Assembly (NCBI GenBank): GCA_944391225.1
Contig: CALXSS010000003.1
Location: forward strand, 4,715-68,714
From: an uncultured Clostridia bacterium
GTDB taxonomy: Bacteria > Bacillota > Clostridia > UBA1381
Length of the DNA: 64,000 nucleotides
Direction: 5' to 3'
Position numbers and translations under genes: made by a program. Of this stretch, positions 37,038-47,328 are shown in pieces. Each line of letters starts with the position of its first letter. Positions within the stretch are counted from its first letter, which is position 1. The notes under the pieces are model-generated. The model was given only the letters and a program-made list of their open reading frames with translations. It made no database searches and was not told where the DNA came from.

Positions 37038-37351
37038 AAATTTTAATTATAAGCAATTGTAAAACTACGTTTCACAATTGATCTGGCTAAAGTAGGTTAA
37101 AAAAGTTCCATCCGATTACATAAAATACGTATGTTGAAACTTTTTTAACCCAAATTTCTGACGCACATTCAGCAATTTTGCAAAGCAAAATTCAGCCTTT
37201 GGCTGACCGCGCTTTCTTGCGCGGTGCACATCGTTCAGAAATTTATTAAATTCGAGGGTACACCCTCGAGCACCCATCAAATAGGCAGCAATTGCAAAAC
37301 TCTTTTGGAGTTTTACAATTGCCCAAAATTTTAATTAGGCAATTGTAAAAC
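37038..37351 (-). promoter_or_regulatory. Hairpin-dense leader region of putP, bracketed by 27-nt direct repeats
   Basis: Near-perfect stems at 37054-37080, 37095-37150, 37152/37244 (long range), 37174-37192, 37193-37205, 37206-37225, 37252-37269 and 37288-37322. Direct repeats aaattttaatta..gcaattgtaaaac at 37038-37065 and 37326-37351. Confidence 0.6.
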
Positions 37352-37405
37352 CACAATAAGTTCTACTATCATTACGGAGCACAAAAACCGCACACCTATC
37401 TTAAA

Positions 37406-37434
37406 ATTATATCATAAAACCTTCCTTTTGGCAA
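37406..37434 (-). promoter_or_regulatory. Sigma-A-type promoter on the putP strand (TTGCCA-17-TATAAT)
   Basis: Minus strand reads aTTGCCAaaaggaaggttttatgaTATAATttt. This implies a leader of about 380 nt. Confidence 0.55.
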
Positions 37435-37462
37435 TAAACTTTTCAAAAAAAGTCTGATTATA

Positions 37463-37491
37463 TTGAAATTCACCGTATTTTATGGTATTAT
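37463..37491 (+). promoter_or_regulatory. Promoter for the HAD-hydrolase gene (TTGAAA-17-TGgTATTAT)
   Basis: taTTGAAAttcaccgtattttaTGgTATTATatc. It lies downstream of the ORF-track start at 37482, which supports the ATG at 37548. Confidence 0.5.
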
Positions 37492-37547
37492 ATCATATGC
37501 AGCGCACAGCGCTGATCTATTCTGACACGAAAGGAACATATCCTGAT

Positions 37548-38201
37548 ATGAAATATAAATATATTTTTCTGGATCTTGACGGTACGCTGACCGATCCCAA
37601 GGAAGGTATCATAAAATGTGTGCAGTATGCTCTTGACAAAATGGGATGTCCGGAACCGGATCAATCAAAGCTAATGAAATTTATCGGTCCTCCGCTTATG
37701 GTCTCATTCACCGAATTCTGCGGCTTCGACCAGACCAACGCGCGACGCGCTGTGACATATTACAGAGAACGCTTTGCAGACAAGGGACTGTTTGAAAACC
37801 GTGTGCTTGACGGAGCTGAGGAAATGCTTGAAAAACTTGTAAAGCATTCGCGCATACCCGTAATAGCCACTTCCAAGCCCAAGGTTTTTGCTGACATAAT
37901 CGTAAAGCATTACGGATTAAGACCTTATTTGAAAATGGTTTCAGGGGCTGAACTCAGTGGAGTGCGCGACAGCAAAAACGAGGTCATTGAATATGCTATA
38001 GAAAAGCTTAAAATAGACGACAGGTCAAAAATAATCATGGTTGGCGACAGAAAACAGGACATTATCGGCGCAAAACAATGCGGTATAGACTCCTGCGGAG
38101 TTCGTTTCGGCTACGCAGAGCCCGGAGAGCTTGAGGCAGCCGGAGCCGATTATATTGCAGACGATTTCAATGAGCTGTACCAGATACTTATACAGCGCTA
38201 A
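37548..38201 (+). CDS. HAD-superfamily hydrolase (phosphoglycolate-phosphatase-like)
   Basis: MKYKYIFLDLDGTLTD (motif I DxDGT) and GDRKQD (motif IV). RBS GAAAGGAA. Confidence 0.85.
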   Translation: MKYKYIFLDLDGTLTDPKEGIIKCVQYALDKMGCPEPDQSKLMKFIGPPLMVSFTEFCGFDQTNARRAVTYYRERFADKGLFENRVLDGAEEMLEKLVKHSRIPVIATSKPKVFADIIVKHYGLRPYLKMVSGAELSGVRDSKNEVIEYAIEKLKIDDRSKIIMVGDRKQDIIGAKQCGIDSCGVRFGYAEPGELEAAGADYIADDFNELYQILIQR

Positions 38202-38246
38202 AAAGAGCGGCAGCAAAACTCAAAAGGTTTCGCTGCCGCTCTTTTT
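38200..38246. terminator. Bidirectional intrinsic terminator
   Basis: AAAAGAGCGGCAGC-(17 nt)-GCTGCCGCTCTTTTT, between convergent genes. Confidence 0.8.
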
Positions 38247-38271
38247 GCGATAAACTACAAAATATCAGCTG

Positions 38272-39261
38272 TTATTTGCAGATATATACATCCTTGTACA
38301 CTACGCCAAGACTCATTGCCTCACTGTATGTAGAAACAGCCATATCGATCATGTTTCCCTTGATAGCTCCGCCGCAATCCTCTGCACATCTGTAGCCATA
38401 GCCATCGATATATACCCATGACAGCGGCTCGATAACATCTTTATCTACTGCAATAGTTCTGCCCGGGGTTATATCTCCGCCCCATGCGGTAGCATTACCC
38501 CAAGTTCCGTTAGATTCTGCGCCGGGGGCATAATGAGAGATCCGAAAAGTACCTAAATATGTCATATCAGACTTTGCTTCGGTTTCCGATTCCGCCGCGG
38601 ATGCAACTACGCTTGATGTAGTATCCTGCACAATATCCTCCGCTATTATTCCCAGATTATCCGGTATTACGGTTATCTGCGGTATAACAACAGCTGCTGT
38701 TCTGCTCACCTGCTGCCATTCAAGCTCCATGCCAAAAGCCTCGATAACTGATCTCAGCGGAAACATCACTGTTCCGCCGTCAAGCATACGCACTATTCCA
38801 TCAAGCTCGACTGTCTTTCCATATGACACCGTCTCGCCGTTTGTATCTGAATAATCAAATCTGACCAGCGCGTATTCTGATCCCGCTTTTAGCTCTATGC
38901 TGATATTTTCAGGCTCAATATCCTGCCCTGAGTTATCAACACCCTCGCTCATTCTATATGCATACTGCTCGATGGGTTTTTCCGAGTTTTCATCCGCATT
39001 AACAATAAGCGTGGCAGTCTGGCTTGACTGTTCCCATTCCGTTGACATTCCCATAGCATCTGCCATTACGCGACATGGCACATACAAGGTATTATCCTTT
39101 TCAAACGGTTTTTCTTCCGCCGGAAAATTCACTATCTCCGGAATATTGCTCGCAATTGAGCCTACCTCCACAACGGTATCTGATGCAAGAGCATTTACAT
39201 TCCATACCGCCGCAAGGAACGCCGCAGCCATCACGGCTGTGGTCTTTTGTAATTTGTTCAT
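38272..39261 (-). CDS. Secreted protein with copper-amine-oxidase-N-like repeats and a C-terminal 3D (MltA-like) domain
   Basis: Start moved to MNKLQKTTAVMAAAFLAAVWNVNALA (ATG 39261, RBS AGGAGGA). The C-terminus RISHYAPG...TAWGGDITPGRTIAVD...GYRCAEDCGGAIKGNMIDMAV is 3D-domain-like. Confidence 0.75.
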   Translation of the reverse strand: MNKLQKTTAVMAAAFLAAVWNVNALASDTVVEVGSIASNIPEIVNFPAEEKPFEKDNTLYVPCRVMADAMGMSTEWEQSSQTATLIVNADENSEKPIEQYAYRMSEGVDNSGQDIEPENISIELKAGSEYALVRFDYSDTNGETVSYGKTVELDGIVRMLDGGTVMFPLRSVIEAFGMELEWQQVSRTAAVVIPQITVIPDNLGIIAEDIVQDTTSSVVASAAESETEAKSDMTYLGTFRISHYAPGAESNGTWGNATAWGGDITPGRTIAVDKDVIEPLSWVYIDGYGYRCAEDCGGAIKGNMIDMAVSTYSEAMSLGVVYKDVYICK

Positions 39262-39570
39262 TATAGTAAAGTCCTCCTGATATTTCTTCTTATTAAAGAA
39301 GTATATTCGCAAACAGGTTCTTTTAGAACCTCTTTGCGCCCGAAGTACAATGTATTTTGTGCATCATCTCAAATGCCCCCGATCTGCACTGATACATTGT
39401 GTGGCTATCATGAGTATGCCCTCCGGGATTTTGTAGGTTGCTTAATGCCGTTTTAACGGTCACCATACATTCGACAATAAGCCGATTATACGGCAAAATT
39501 GTGTTCTGCCGCTATGCTCCAAAGCCTTTATGCAAAAGAGCTATATGATTAACCCGCCAAAGCGGTATAA

Positions 39571-40713
39571 TCATCTGCCTGTAAACACTGCGACATCAGT
39601 TGCAACTCCGTCGATTATCCTGACAAGCGCATATGTCACATCCTCTATCTCGTCCCATGAAATGATACGTCCATCTTCATCATACAAATTATCCGGGACA
39701 TACGTTGTCGTTACAGAACCATGTCCGTTTCCTGTAAACTCCGATTTATCGCCTCTTGATGTATCGGTAACGGTATATACCATCGCCCTCTTATCAAGGT
39801 CTATCTCCATAATATTTCCTGATTTATCAGCGAGAATAAGCTCGCCGGCTTTTGCGCTGACAGGAACTCCGAACGCATACTCGTTATCTCCGTCTGCAAA
39901 TCCGCCGTATGTTGCCACAGTCCAATCGCTGTGGTTTGCAACTACACCCGAATCAGAGATCAGCTTGCTGAAATTAGCTCCGCAATCTGTTCCCGCATGA
40001 ACATAGTCAATGAAATCAGGTCTATATATAAATTCTATACTCTTTATTCTGCCCTGAAGATCTGTTGTAAAATGTATAACGTCGCCATCCTGAAGCGCGC
40101 CTGCATCCGAGCCTACGAGATACTCTGAAGCGTCTGATGCCGATACTATCGATACGCTTGAGCGGATATTTACCGTGATTTCACTTCCCTGATAAAGCAT
40201 TTCTGCTGTGTAATAATCTTCACCATCTATAGCAGTTTGCGATATGTTCTTAACAACAGCAAAAGCATCTATTGCATCCATCGCCTTAGGATAGACCTCA
40301 GGATGAGGAGTTTTTGTCGGAGCGGCTGTCGCCTCCGGTTTCTCTGTCGATGAAGGCTGTGCTGTCTCGCTCGGAGCAGCGCTCTCTGACGGTGCAGCGC
40401 TCTCTGACGGCGTATCTATTACAACATCATATATTTCTCCGCCTACATAGCATATTCTTGCCTCTGCGTCAAAATACTGCTCCGGGACCTCAAAGCTGTA
40501 TTCGCCCTCCTGCCAAGATGCCATTGAACTGTAGACAAGACTGCCATCCTTATAAAAAGATAAAACTGCTCTTTCCGTATTCTCATCATTATGTTCAGTG
40601 TACACGCCTGTTTCATTTGTGTACATTGTTACATCAGTACTTTCTGCCGATACAAACGGTATAGCTGATACCGCCATCACGACTGCTACTGCAAATCCTA
40701 TTATTCTCTTCAT
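39571..40713 (-). CDS. Secreted hypothetical protein with a Pro/Ser/Ala-rich linker
   Basis: Start moved to MKRIIGFAVAVVMAVSAIPFVSAES (ATG 40713, RBS GGAAGGAGAA). The linker PSESAAPSESAAPSETAQPSS is encoded by an 18-nt tandem repeat. Confidence 0.65.
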   Translation of the reverse strand: MKRIIGFAVAVVMAVSAIPFVSAESTDVTMYTNETGVYTEHNDENTERAVLSFYKDGSLVYSSMASWQEGEYSFEVPEQYFDAEARICYVGGEIYDVVIDTPSESAAPSESAAPSETAQPSSTEKPEATAAPTKTPHPEVYPKAMDAIDAFAVVKNISQTAIDGEDYYTAEMLYQGSEITVNIRSSVSIVSASDASEYLVGSDAGALQDGDVIHFTTDLQGRIKSIEFIYRPDFIDYVHAGTDCGANFSKLISDSGVVANHSDWTVATYGGFADGDNEYAFGVPVSAKAGELILADKSGNIMEIDLDKRAMVYTVTDTSRGDKSEFTGNGHGSVTTTYVPDNLYDEDGRIISWDEIEDVTYALVRIIDGVATDVAVFTGR

Positions 40714-40749
40714 ATATTTTTCTCCTTCCAAAGCTGATAAGTCATACAA

Positions 40750-41901
40750 TTATGACTGCTTATGCATAAAATCAGCCACAAACTGTTTTGCGCATCTTCC
40801 GCTTTTTCCGCCATAGTTCATCTCCCAGCGTACTGCTTCCTTGCGAATATCCTCTGTCATCTCAATGCCGCAGCGCGCAAGCAGAGTACGCACTATCTCA
40901 ATATACTGCTTCGCGTCCGGCGCCGGGAAATAAAGACTTATTCCGAATCGCTCAGCAAGAGAAAGCATCTCCTGCTTTGTATCGTTTACATGCACCTCGC
41001 CGCCCTCGCGGTCAGCCCATGTTTCACGAATGAGGTGACGGCGGTTTGAGGTAGCATAAACCAGAACATTGCTTGCCGATGCCTGGAGCTGTCCCTCCAT
41101 AGCTATCTTTAGCGAACGGTACTCTGTATCATGACGCTCAAATGTCAGATCGTCAAGGAACAGTATATATTTATGCGGTGATCTTTCAAGCTCCTTTGTA
41201 AGCTCAGGTATCCTTGTTATTGCTCGCTTTGGCAGCTCTATTACTCTTAATCCTTCATCTGCGTACATATTGAGCAGAGCCTTTACCGACGATGATTTGC
41301 CCGTGCCGCGATCGCCGAAAAGCAGCACATTATTTGCAAATTTTCCATTAATAAATGCTTTTGTATTATCAATAAGTACTTTTTTCTGATGATCCATGCC
41401 TACGATATCATCAAAGGTAGTCTTATCGGAATTTGGCACACCAACTATCTCGTCATCAAACCTGAATGCTATGTATTTCGCCATAATCCCACAACCGAAT
41501 TTTCTGTAATGAGCTATCAGCCTGTCTAAAAGCTCTCCGGCTGTGCTTGCCTCTGTTATACCGCGTATAGACCCTGTATATCCTTCATAGAACCCTGTAT
41601 CGTTGCCGGACGGCTTATACTTTATTTTTGTATTGAACAGGCGCTTATATATCATCTCAATATCTAAGCTTGCAAGTCTATACAGATCCTTGCCTATATT
41701 TTTGCCCGATTTTGCTATATCCGAAAGAACATTTTCGTCATTCGCAAGCAGAGTTGCAATAAATTCCCTTAAGCTGTCATCGGTAACGCCCTCCGTCTCA
41801 GCAAACCTTACAATGCCGCGCAGCAACACCGTATTGTCCTTGTCGAGAACGGCTCGGACGGTTTCATTTTTCTCTATATTATTAAAAATGAACAGATCCA
41901 T
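40750..41901 (-). CDS. AAA-type ATPase of the DUF815/COG2607 family
   Basis: Start moved to MDLFIFNNIEK (ATG 41901). Walker A LLFGDRGTGKSS and Walker B ILFLDDL. Confidence 0.75.
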   Translation of the reverse strand: MDLFIFNNIEKNETVRAVLDKDNTVLLRGIVRFAETEGVTDDSLREFIATLLANDENVLSDIAKSGKNIGKDLYRLASLDIEMIYKRLFNTKIKYKPSGNDTGFYEGYTGSIRGITEASTAGELLDRLIAHYRKFGCGIMAKYIAFRFDDEIVGVPNSDKTTFDDIVGMDHQKKVLIDNTKAFINGKFANNVLLFGDRGTGKSSSVKALLNMYADEGLRVIELPKRAITRIPELTKELERSPHKYILFLDDLTFERHDTEYRSLKIAMEGQLQASASNVLVYATSNRRHLIRETWADREGGEVHVNDTKQEMLSLAERFGISLYFPAPDAKQYIEIVRTLLARCGIEMTEDIRKEAVRWEMNYGGKSGRCAKQFVADFMHKQS

Positions 41902-41980
41902 CTTTTGTTCCTTCCCTCCTGCGGACACCGCACAACAGGCAATATCCCGGACACGCATATATTCTTTCTGAACATTATAC

Positions 41981-42015
41981 CACAATTATTACAAAAATGC
42001 AACACAATTATTACA
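41981..42015. repeat. Two 13-bp direct repeats (cacaattattaca) spaced 22 bp apart in the ATPase/araD divergent region
   Basis: Copies at 41981-41993 and 42003-42015, identical. Confidence 0.55.
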
Positions 42016-42116
42016 TGTTTTTAATTTGCACTACAAACAATTAACATTATGATACAAAATCAACTTATCAAACTTAATAATTTCTGCTATTTTACCGAAA
42101 AAATACGATTTTCATA

Positions 42117-42145
42117 TTGATTATTCAATGGATATTTATTATAAT
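42117..42145 (+). promoter_or_regulatory. Promoter for araD (TTGATT-17-TATAAT)
   Basis: ataTTGATTattcaatggatatttatTATAATat, about 35 nt upstream of the ATG at 42180. Confidence 0.5.
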
Positions 42146-42179
42146 ATAAGTAACTTTATGAAATGAAAGGACTGATTTT

Positions 42180-42872
42180 ATGTTAGAGGAATTGAAACAA
42201 AAGGTATATGAGGCTAATATGGATCTGCCCAGATACGGTCTTGTTACATTCACATGGGGAAATGTATCGGGTATAGATCGTGAAAAGGGCTTGTTTGTTA
42301 TAAAGCCGTCCGGCGTTGAATATGATCTGTTAAAGCCTGAAGATATGGTCGTTATTGACCTTGACGGAAACAAGGTCGAGGGCGATTATAACCCCTCATC
42401 TGATACGCCTACACACCTTGAACTTTATAAGGCTTTCCCTGAATGCGGCGGAATAGTTCACACTCATTCACCATGGGCTACATCCTTTGCTCAGGCATGC
42501 AAGGGCATACCGCCGTTCGGAACCACTCATGCTGACTACTTCTATGGCGAAATACCCGCTACAAGACTTATGACAGCAGAGGAGATCCACGGCGAATACG
42601 AAAAGAACACAGGTCTTGTTATTATCGAGACATTCAAGGATAAGGACCCTGAGGCAATTCCGGGAGTTCTCGTATCAAACCATGGTCCGTTCGCATGGGG
42701 TACAGACGCTCACAATGCCGTACATAATGCAGTTGTTATGGAGGAATGCGCTAAAATGGCGCTGCGCTGCATGCAGCTCACACCTGGACTTCCGCCAATT
42801 TCGCAGGACATTCTTGACAAGCACTATCTGCGCAAGCACGGCGCGAACGCTTACTACGGTCAGGGAAAATAA
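42180..42872 (+). CDS. araD: L-ribulose-5-phosphate 4-epimerase
   Basis: [46 protein letters not shown] and HTHSPWAT, the class II aldolase/AraD signature. Confidence 0.9.
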   Translation: MLEELKQKVYEANMDLPRYGLVTFTWGNVSGIDREKGLFVIKPSGVEYDLLKPEDMVVIDLDGNKVEGDYNPSSDTPTHLELYKAFPECGGIVHTHSPWATSFAQACKGIPPFGTTHADYFYGEIPATRLMTAEEIHGEYEKNTGLVIIETFKDKDPEAIPGVLVSNHGPFAWGTDAHNAVHNAVVMEECAKMALRCMQLTPGLPPISQDILDKHYLRKHGANAYYGQGK

Positions 42873-42893
42873 AAACTACACATAGCATAAGCA

Positions 42894-42940
42894 AGGGGCA
42901 GAGGTAAAAACAATGTGTTTTCCTCTGCCCCTTTAAATTA
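42894..42940. terminator. Bidirectional intrinsic terminator between araD and atpC
   Basis: AGGGGCAGAGG-(17 nt)-CCTCTGCCCCTTTAAATT. Confidence 0.75.
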
Positions 42941-42953
42941 TTCTGTAATATTA

Positions 42954-43370
42954 TTAGAAACCACGTCTGTGACGTGCCGCCTCCTTCATACGAGACATAG
43001 CTCTTGAAAGAGCCGCCTGAGTATGATAAAATTCCTGACGGCTTTCTTCCTGACGCAAACGCTCCTCGGCGCGCTTTTTTGCCTCCTCGGCGCGCAGCAG
43101 ATCTATTTCCTCAGGACGCTCAGCCGTATCCACAAAGACAACGACCGTGTTCTTCTCCACATAGCAGAATCCGAGACCTGTGAAGAATACATGCTTTTCG
43201 CCGTTTACAACATATCTTGTCTCGCCCATTACCATAGCAATAAGTATGCTTTCATGGTTTGCCAGAAGCTGATACTCACCATCCGTCGCCGGGATAACTA
43301 TAGACTCGCATGGGCCGTCATATACGACCTTATCTGTTGCATATATCTTAAGATTAAATTCCTTAGCCAT
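42954..43370 (-). CDS. atpC: F1 ATP synthase subunit epsilon
   Basis: 138 aa, last gene of the atp operon. N-terminal beta-sandwich sequence plus a helical tail. Confidence 0.9.
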   Translation of the reverse strand: MAKEFNLKIYATDKVVYDGPCESIVIPATDGEYQLLANHESILIAMVMGETRYVVNGEKHVFFTGLGFCYVEKNTVVVFVDTAERPEEIDLLRAEEAKKRAEERLRQEESRQEFYHTQAALSRAMSRMKEAARHRRGF

Positions 43371-43384
43371 AAAACACCTCCGGA

Positions 43385-44767
<1,383 letters not shown>

Positions 44768-44804
44768 CTATGAGGGATCCTCCTCTCATATTATTGACTA
44801 TACT

Positions 44805-44839
44805 GGGGCTGTTGCAAACTTATTGAGTTTTGCAGCAGC
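44805..44839 (+). repeat. Family-type hairpin (inverted orientation) in the atpG-atpD spacer
   Basis: ggggctgttgcaaacttattgagttttgcagcagc. The arms match the repeat-family hairpin, but the bulged A/T is on the opposite arm. Confidence 0.55.
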
Positions 44840-44891
44840 ATCATTTCCTGTTTATGATCAGACTTTAGCTCCAAGCATTTCCCGCCCAAAG

Positions 44892-45770
44892 CTATTTGTT
44901 TCGTCTTAAAGCTTTCGCGCCTCCTGCCACCTCAGTTATCTCCTGAGTTATCTTGGCCTGGCGCACACGGTTATACTGTATAGAAAGCTCGTGAAGCATT
45001 TCTGAACCGGCATCTGTTGCCGACTGCATTGCGTTTACACGCGCGTTCTGCTCACAGCAGTAGGATTCAACAAGAGCGCTGTATATATATCCTGCCACAC
45101 ACACCGGCGCTACGCTCGAAAGCACCGCCTCAGGCGACGGGAACATCGGCACGCGCGCATATTCTCCCTCTGCCTCGTAATCCTCACGCGACAGCGGCAG
45201 TATTCGTGTGATGGTTGGCTCAACCTCCGTGCTGCTCATCATTCTTGTATATATAATAAATACCTCGTCAAGCTCGTTATTTATGAACCTTTCCATTACG
45301 CGCTCGGCTATATTTCTGGCTCTGTTTAGAGTAGGATTCTGCGCCGTATAATGGAACGACTCATCTATGTTATAATGGCGTCTTCTAAAATAATGCTCGC
45401 CTACCTGACCTACCACATACAGCTCATATGTTCTGCGCGGCTTCTTCAAAGATTCCTCGGCAAGCTTGAGCACATTATGATTGTATGATCCGGCAAGTCC
45501 TTTATCAGCCGTTATCACTATAAAACCCTTGCGCCTTTTTTCCTGACTTAGCTCTGCAAGATTTCCGAACACCTCATGCGATATATGCGGAGCATGCGTC
45601 AGCACGCTCGCGATAAGGTCGTCAAGCTTTGTAAAGTAAGGCTCTGTGTTTTCCAAAGCCTGCTTTGCGCGCCTGAGCTTGTTGGTCGATATCATATACA
45701 TCGCATTCGTTATTTTCATTGTATCCTTTATACTGCTGATCCTTTCCTGTATTTCGCTCAGATTAGCCAT
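44892..45770 (-). CDS. atpG: F1 ATP synthase subunit gamma
   Basis: MANLSEIQERISSIKDTMKITNAMYMIS and the C-terminal ITQEITEVAGGAKAL. Confidence 0.95.
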   Translation of the reverse strand: MANLSEIQERISSIKDTMKITNAMYMISTNKLRRAKQALENTEPYFTKLDDLIASVLTHAPHISHEVFGNLAELSQEKRRKGFIVITADKGLAGSYNHNVLKLAEESLKKPRRTYELYVVGQVGEHYFRRRHYNIDESFHYTAQNPTLNRARNIAERVMERFINNELDEVFIIYTRMMSSTEVEPTITRILPLSREDYEAEGEYARVPMFPSPEAVLSSVAPVCVAGYIYSALVESYCCEQNARVNAMQSATDAGSEMLHELSIQYNRVRQAKITQEITEVAGGAKALRRNK

Positions 45771-45801
45771 AAATACACATCCTTACAACATTAAAAGATA
45801 A

Positions 45802-47328
45802 TTATTTTATTAGCAGAGGATTAGCAAAAAACTTATTTGCCGTTTCAATTATTCCTGCACGGATCTCATCTGTAAGCTCTTTCTTTTCCTCCAGCTCCTT
45901 AACAAGCTTGCTGTTATTTGTATCAAAATATTCAAGCATGGCTGTCTGCGCCTTCTTGACCTTTTCTACCGGAAGGTTTATAAACATCTTCTCAGTTGCA
46001 ACAACAAGCGATATTACCTGATGAGCCATGCTCATAGGATGACACAGCGGCTGCTTTAGCAGCTCCATAAGTCCTTTTCCGTATTTCAGCTGCTTCTGAG
46101 TGCTTTCATCCAGATCAGACGCAAACTGTGTGAATATTTCCATCTCTCTGTACTGAGCCAGATCTATTCTTATACTTCCCGATGCCTTTTTCATCGCCTT
46201 TGTCTGCGCTGCACCGCCGACACGCGATACTGAAAGACCAACGTTTACGGCAGGACGCATTCCCGAGAAAAACAATCCGCTTTCAAGGAATATCTGTCCA
46301 TCGGTTATAGATATAACATTTGTGGGTATATATGCGGATACGTCTCCCGCCTGAGTCTCAATTATAGGCAACGCTGTTATTGAGCCTCCGCCGAGCGCAT
46401 CGCTCAGCTTACTTGAACGCTCAAGCAGTCTTGAATGCAGATAGAATACATCGCCCGGATATGCTTCACGTCCCGGTGAACGCTCCAAAAGCAGTGAAAG
46501 CTCTCTGTATGCTACAGCGTGCTTTGAAAGATCATCATATACTATCAGTACATCCTTGCCCTTGTTCATAAAATATTCCGCAAGAGCCGTTCCGGAATAC
46601 GGTGAAATATACTGCACAGGTGAAGGCTCACTCGCCGTCGCGCTTACTACGATACTGTAATCCATAGCATCGTGCGATCTGAGCGTTCCTACAAGCTTTG
46701 CTACCGTTGATGCCTTCTGTCCGATAGCAACATAAATACATATAACGTCCTTGCCCTTTTGATTGAGTATAGCGTCTACGGCAAGAGATGTTTTTCCTGT
46801 TTGTCTGTCTCCGATTATAAGCTCTCGCTGACCGCGTCCAATAGGGAACATTGAGTCTATTGACAATATTCCTGTTTCAAGCGGCTGACAGACAGACTGT
46901 CTGTCTATTATTCCGGGAGCAGATTTTTCTATAGGAGAATACCCCTCCGAAGCGATCTCACCCAGACCATCGATAGGCTCGCCCAAAGCGTTTACAACTC
47001 TGCCCAAAAAAGCATCTCCGACAGGTATACCTGCCATCTTTTCTGTTCTCGTTACCTTTGTGCCCTCTTTGATAGTACCCTCAAGATCAAAAAGGATACA
47101 GCCTATCTCATTCTTTCTTATATCCTGGACCATGCCCTTTACGCCGTTTTCAAATACCACTATCTCGCCGTACATAGCATGATCTATACCGTAGATCGTT
47201 GCAATGCCGTCGCCGACATATGTTACTGTTCCGACCTCGCGGTTCTTTTTTTCCAATTCGTAATTTTCTATCTCGCTCTTTAATATAGCGACGATCTGTT
47301 CTGAACTGATAGAGCTCAAAATTCTCAC
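45802..47328 (-). CDS. atpA: F1 ATP synthase subunit alpha
   Basis: Walker A GDRQTGKT, plus [21 protein letters not shown] start overlaps the atpH stop (GTGA). Confidence 0.97.
   Translation of the reverse strand: MRILSSISSEQIVAILKSEIENYELEKKNREVGTVTYVGDGIATIYGIDHAMYGEIVVFENGVKGMVQDIRKNEIGCILFDLEGTIKEGTKVTRTEKMAGIPVGDAFLGRVVNALGEPIDGLGEIASEGYSPIEKSAPGIIDRQSVCQPLETGILSIDSMFPIGRGQRELIIGDRQTGKTSLAVDAILNQKGKDVICIYVAIGQKASTVAKLVGTLRSHDAMDYSIVVSATASEPSPVQYISPYSGTALAEYFMNKGKDVLIVYDDLSKHAVAYRELSLLLERSPGREAYPGDVFYLHSRLLERSSKLSDALGGGSITALPIIETQAGDVSAYIPTNVISITDGQIFLESGLFFSGMRPAVNVGLSVSRVGGAAQTKAMKKASGSIRIDLAQYREMEIFTQFASDLDESTQKQLKYGKGLMELLKQPLCHPMSMAHQVISLVVATEKMFINLPVEKVKKAQTAMLEYFDTNNSKLVKELEEKKELTDEIRAGIIETANKFFANPLLIK

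Noticed and set aside
37152-37244. Cloverleaf-like four-way junction (closing stem plus three hairpins) that superficially resembles a tRNA
   Set aside because: The arm lengths (8-bp stem with a 3-nt loop, 5-bp stem with a 3-nt loop) and the absence of T-loop and D-loop consensus and of an anticodon loop rule out a tRNA or tRNA-like gene.
37206-37275. T-box-like strings in the putP leader (minus strand GTGCACCGCG and GAGGGTGTACCCTCG, compared with the consensus GGGTGGTACCGCG)
   Set aside because: These strings are parts of perfectly self-paired hairpins. No Stem I, specifier loop or AGAGA/GNUGGNA features were found around them.
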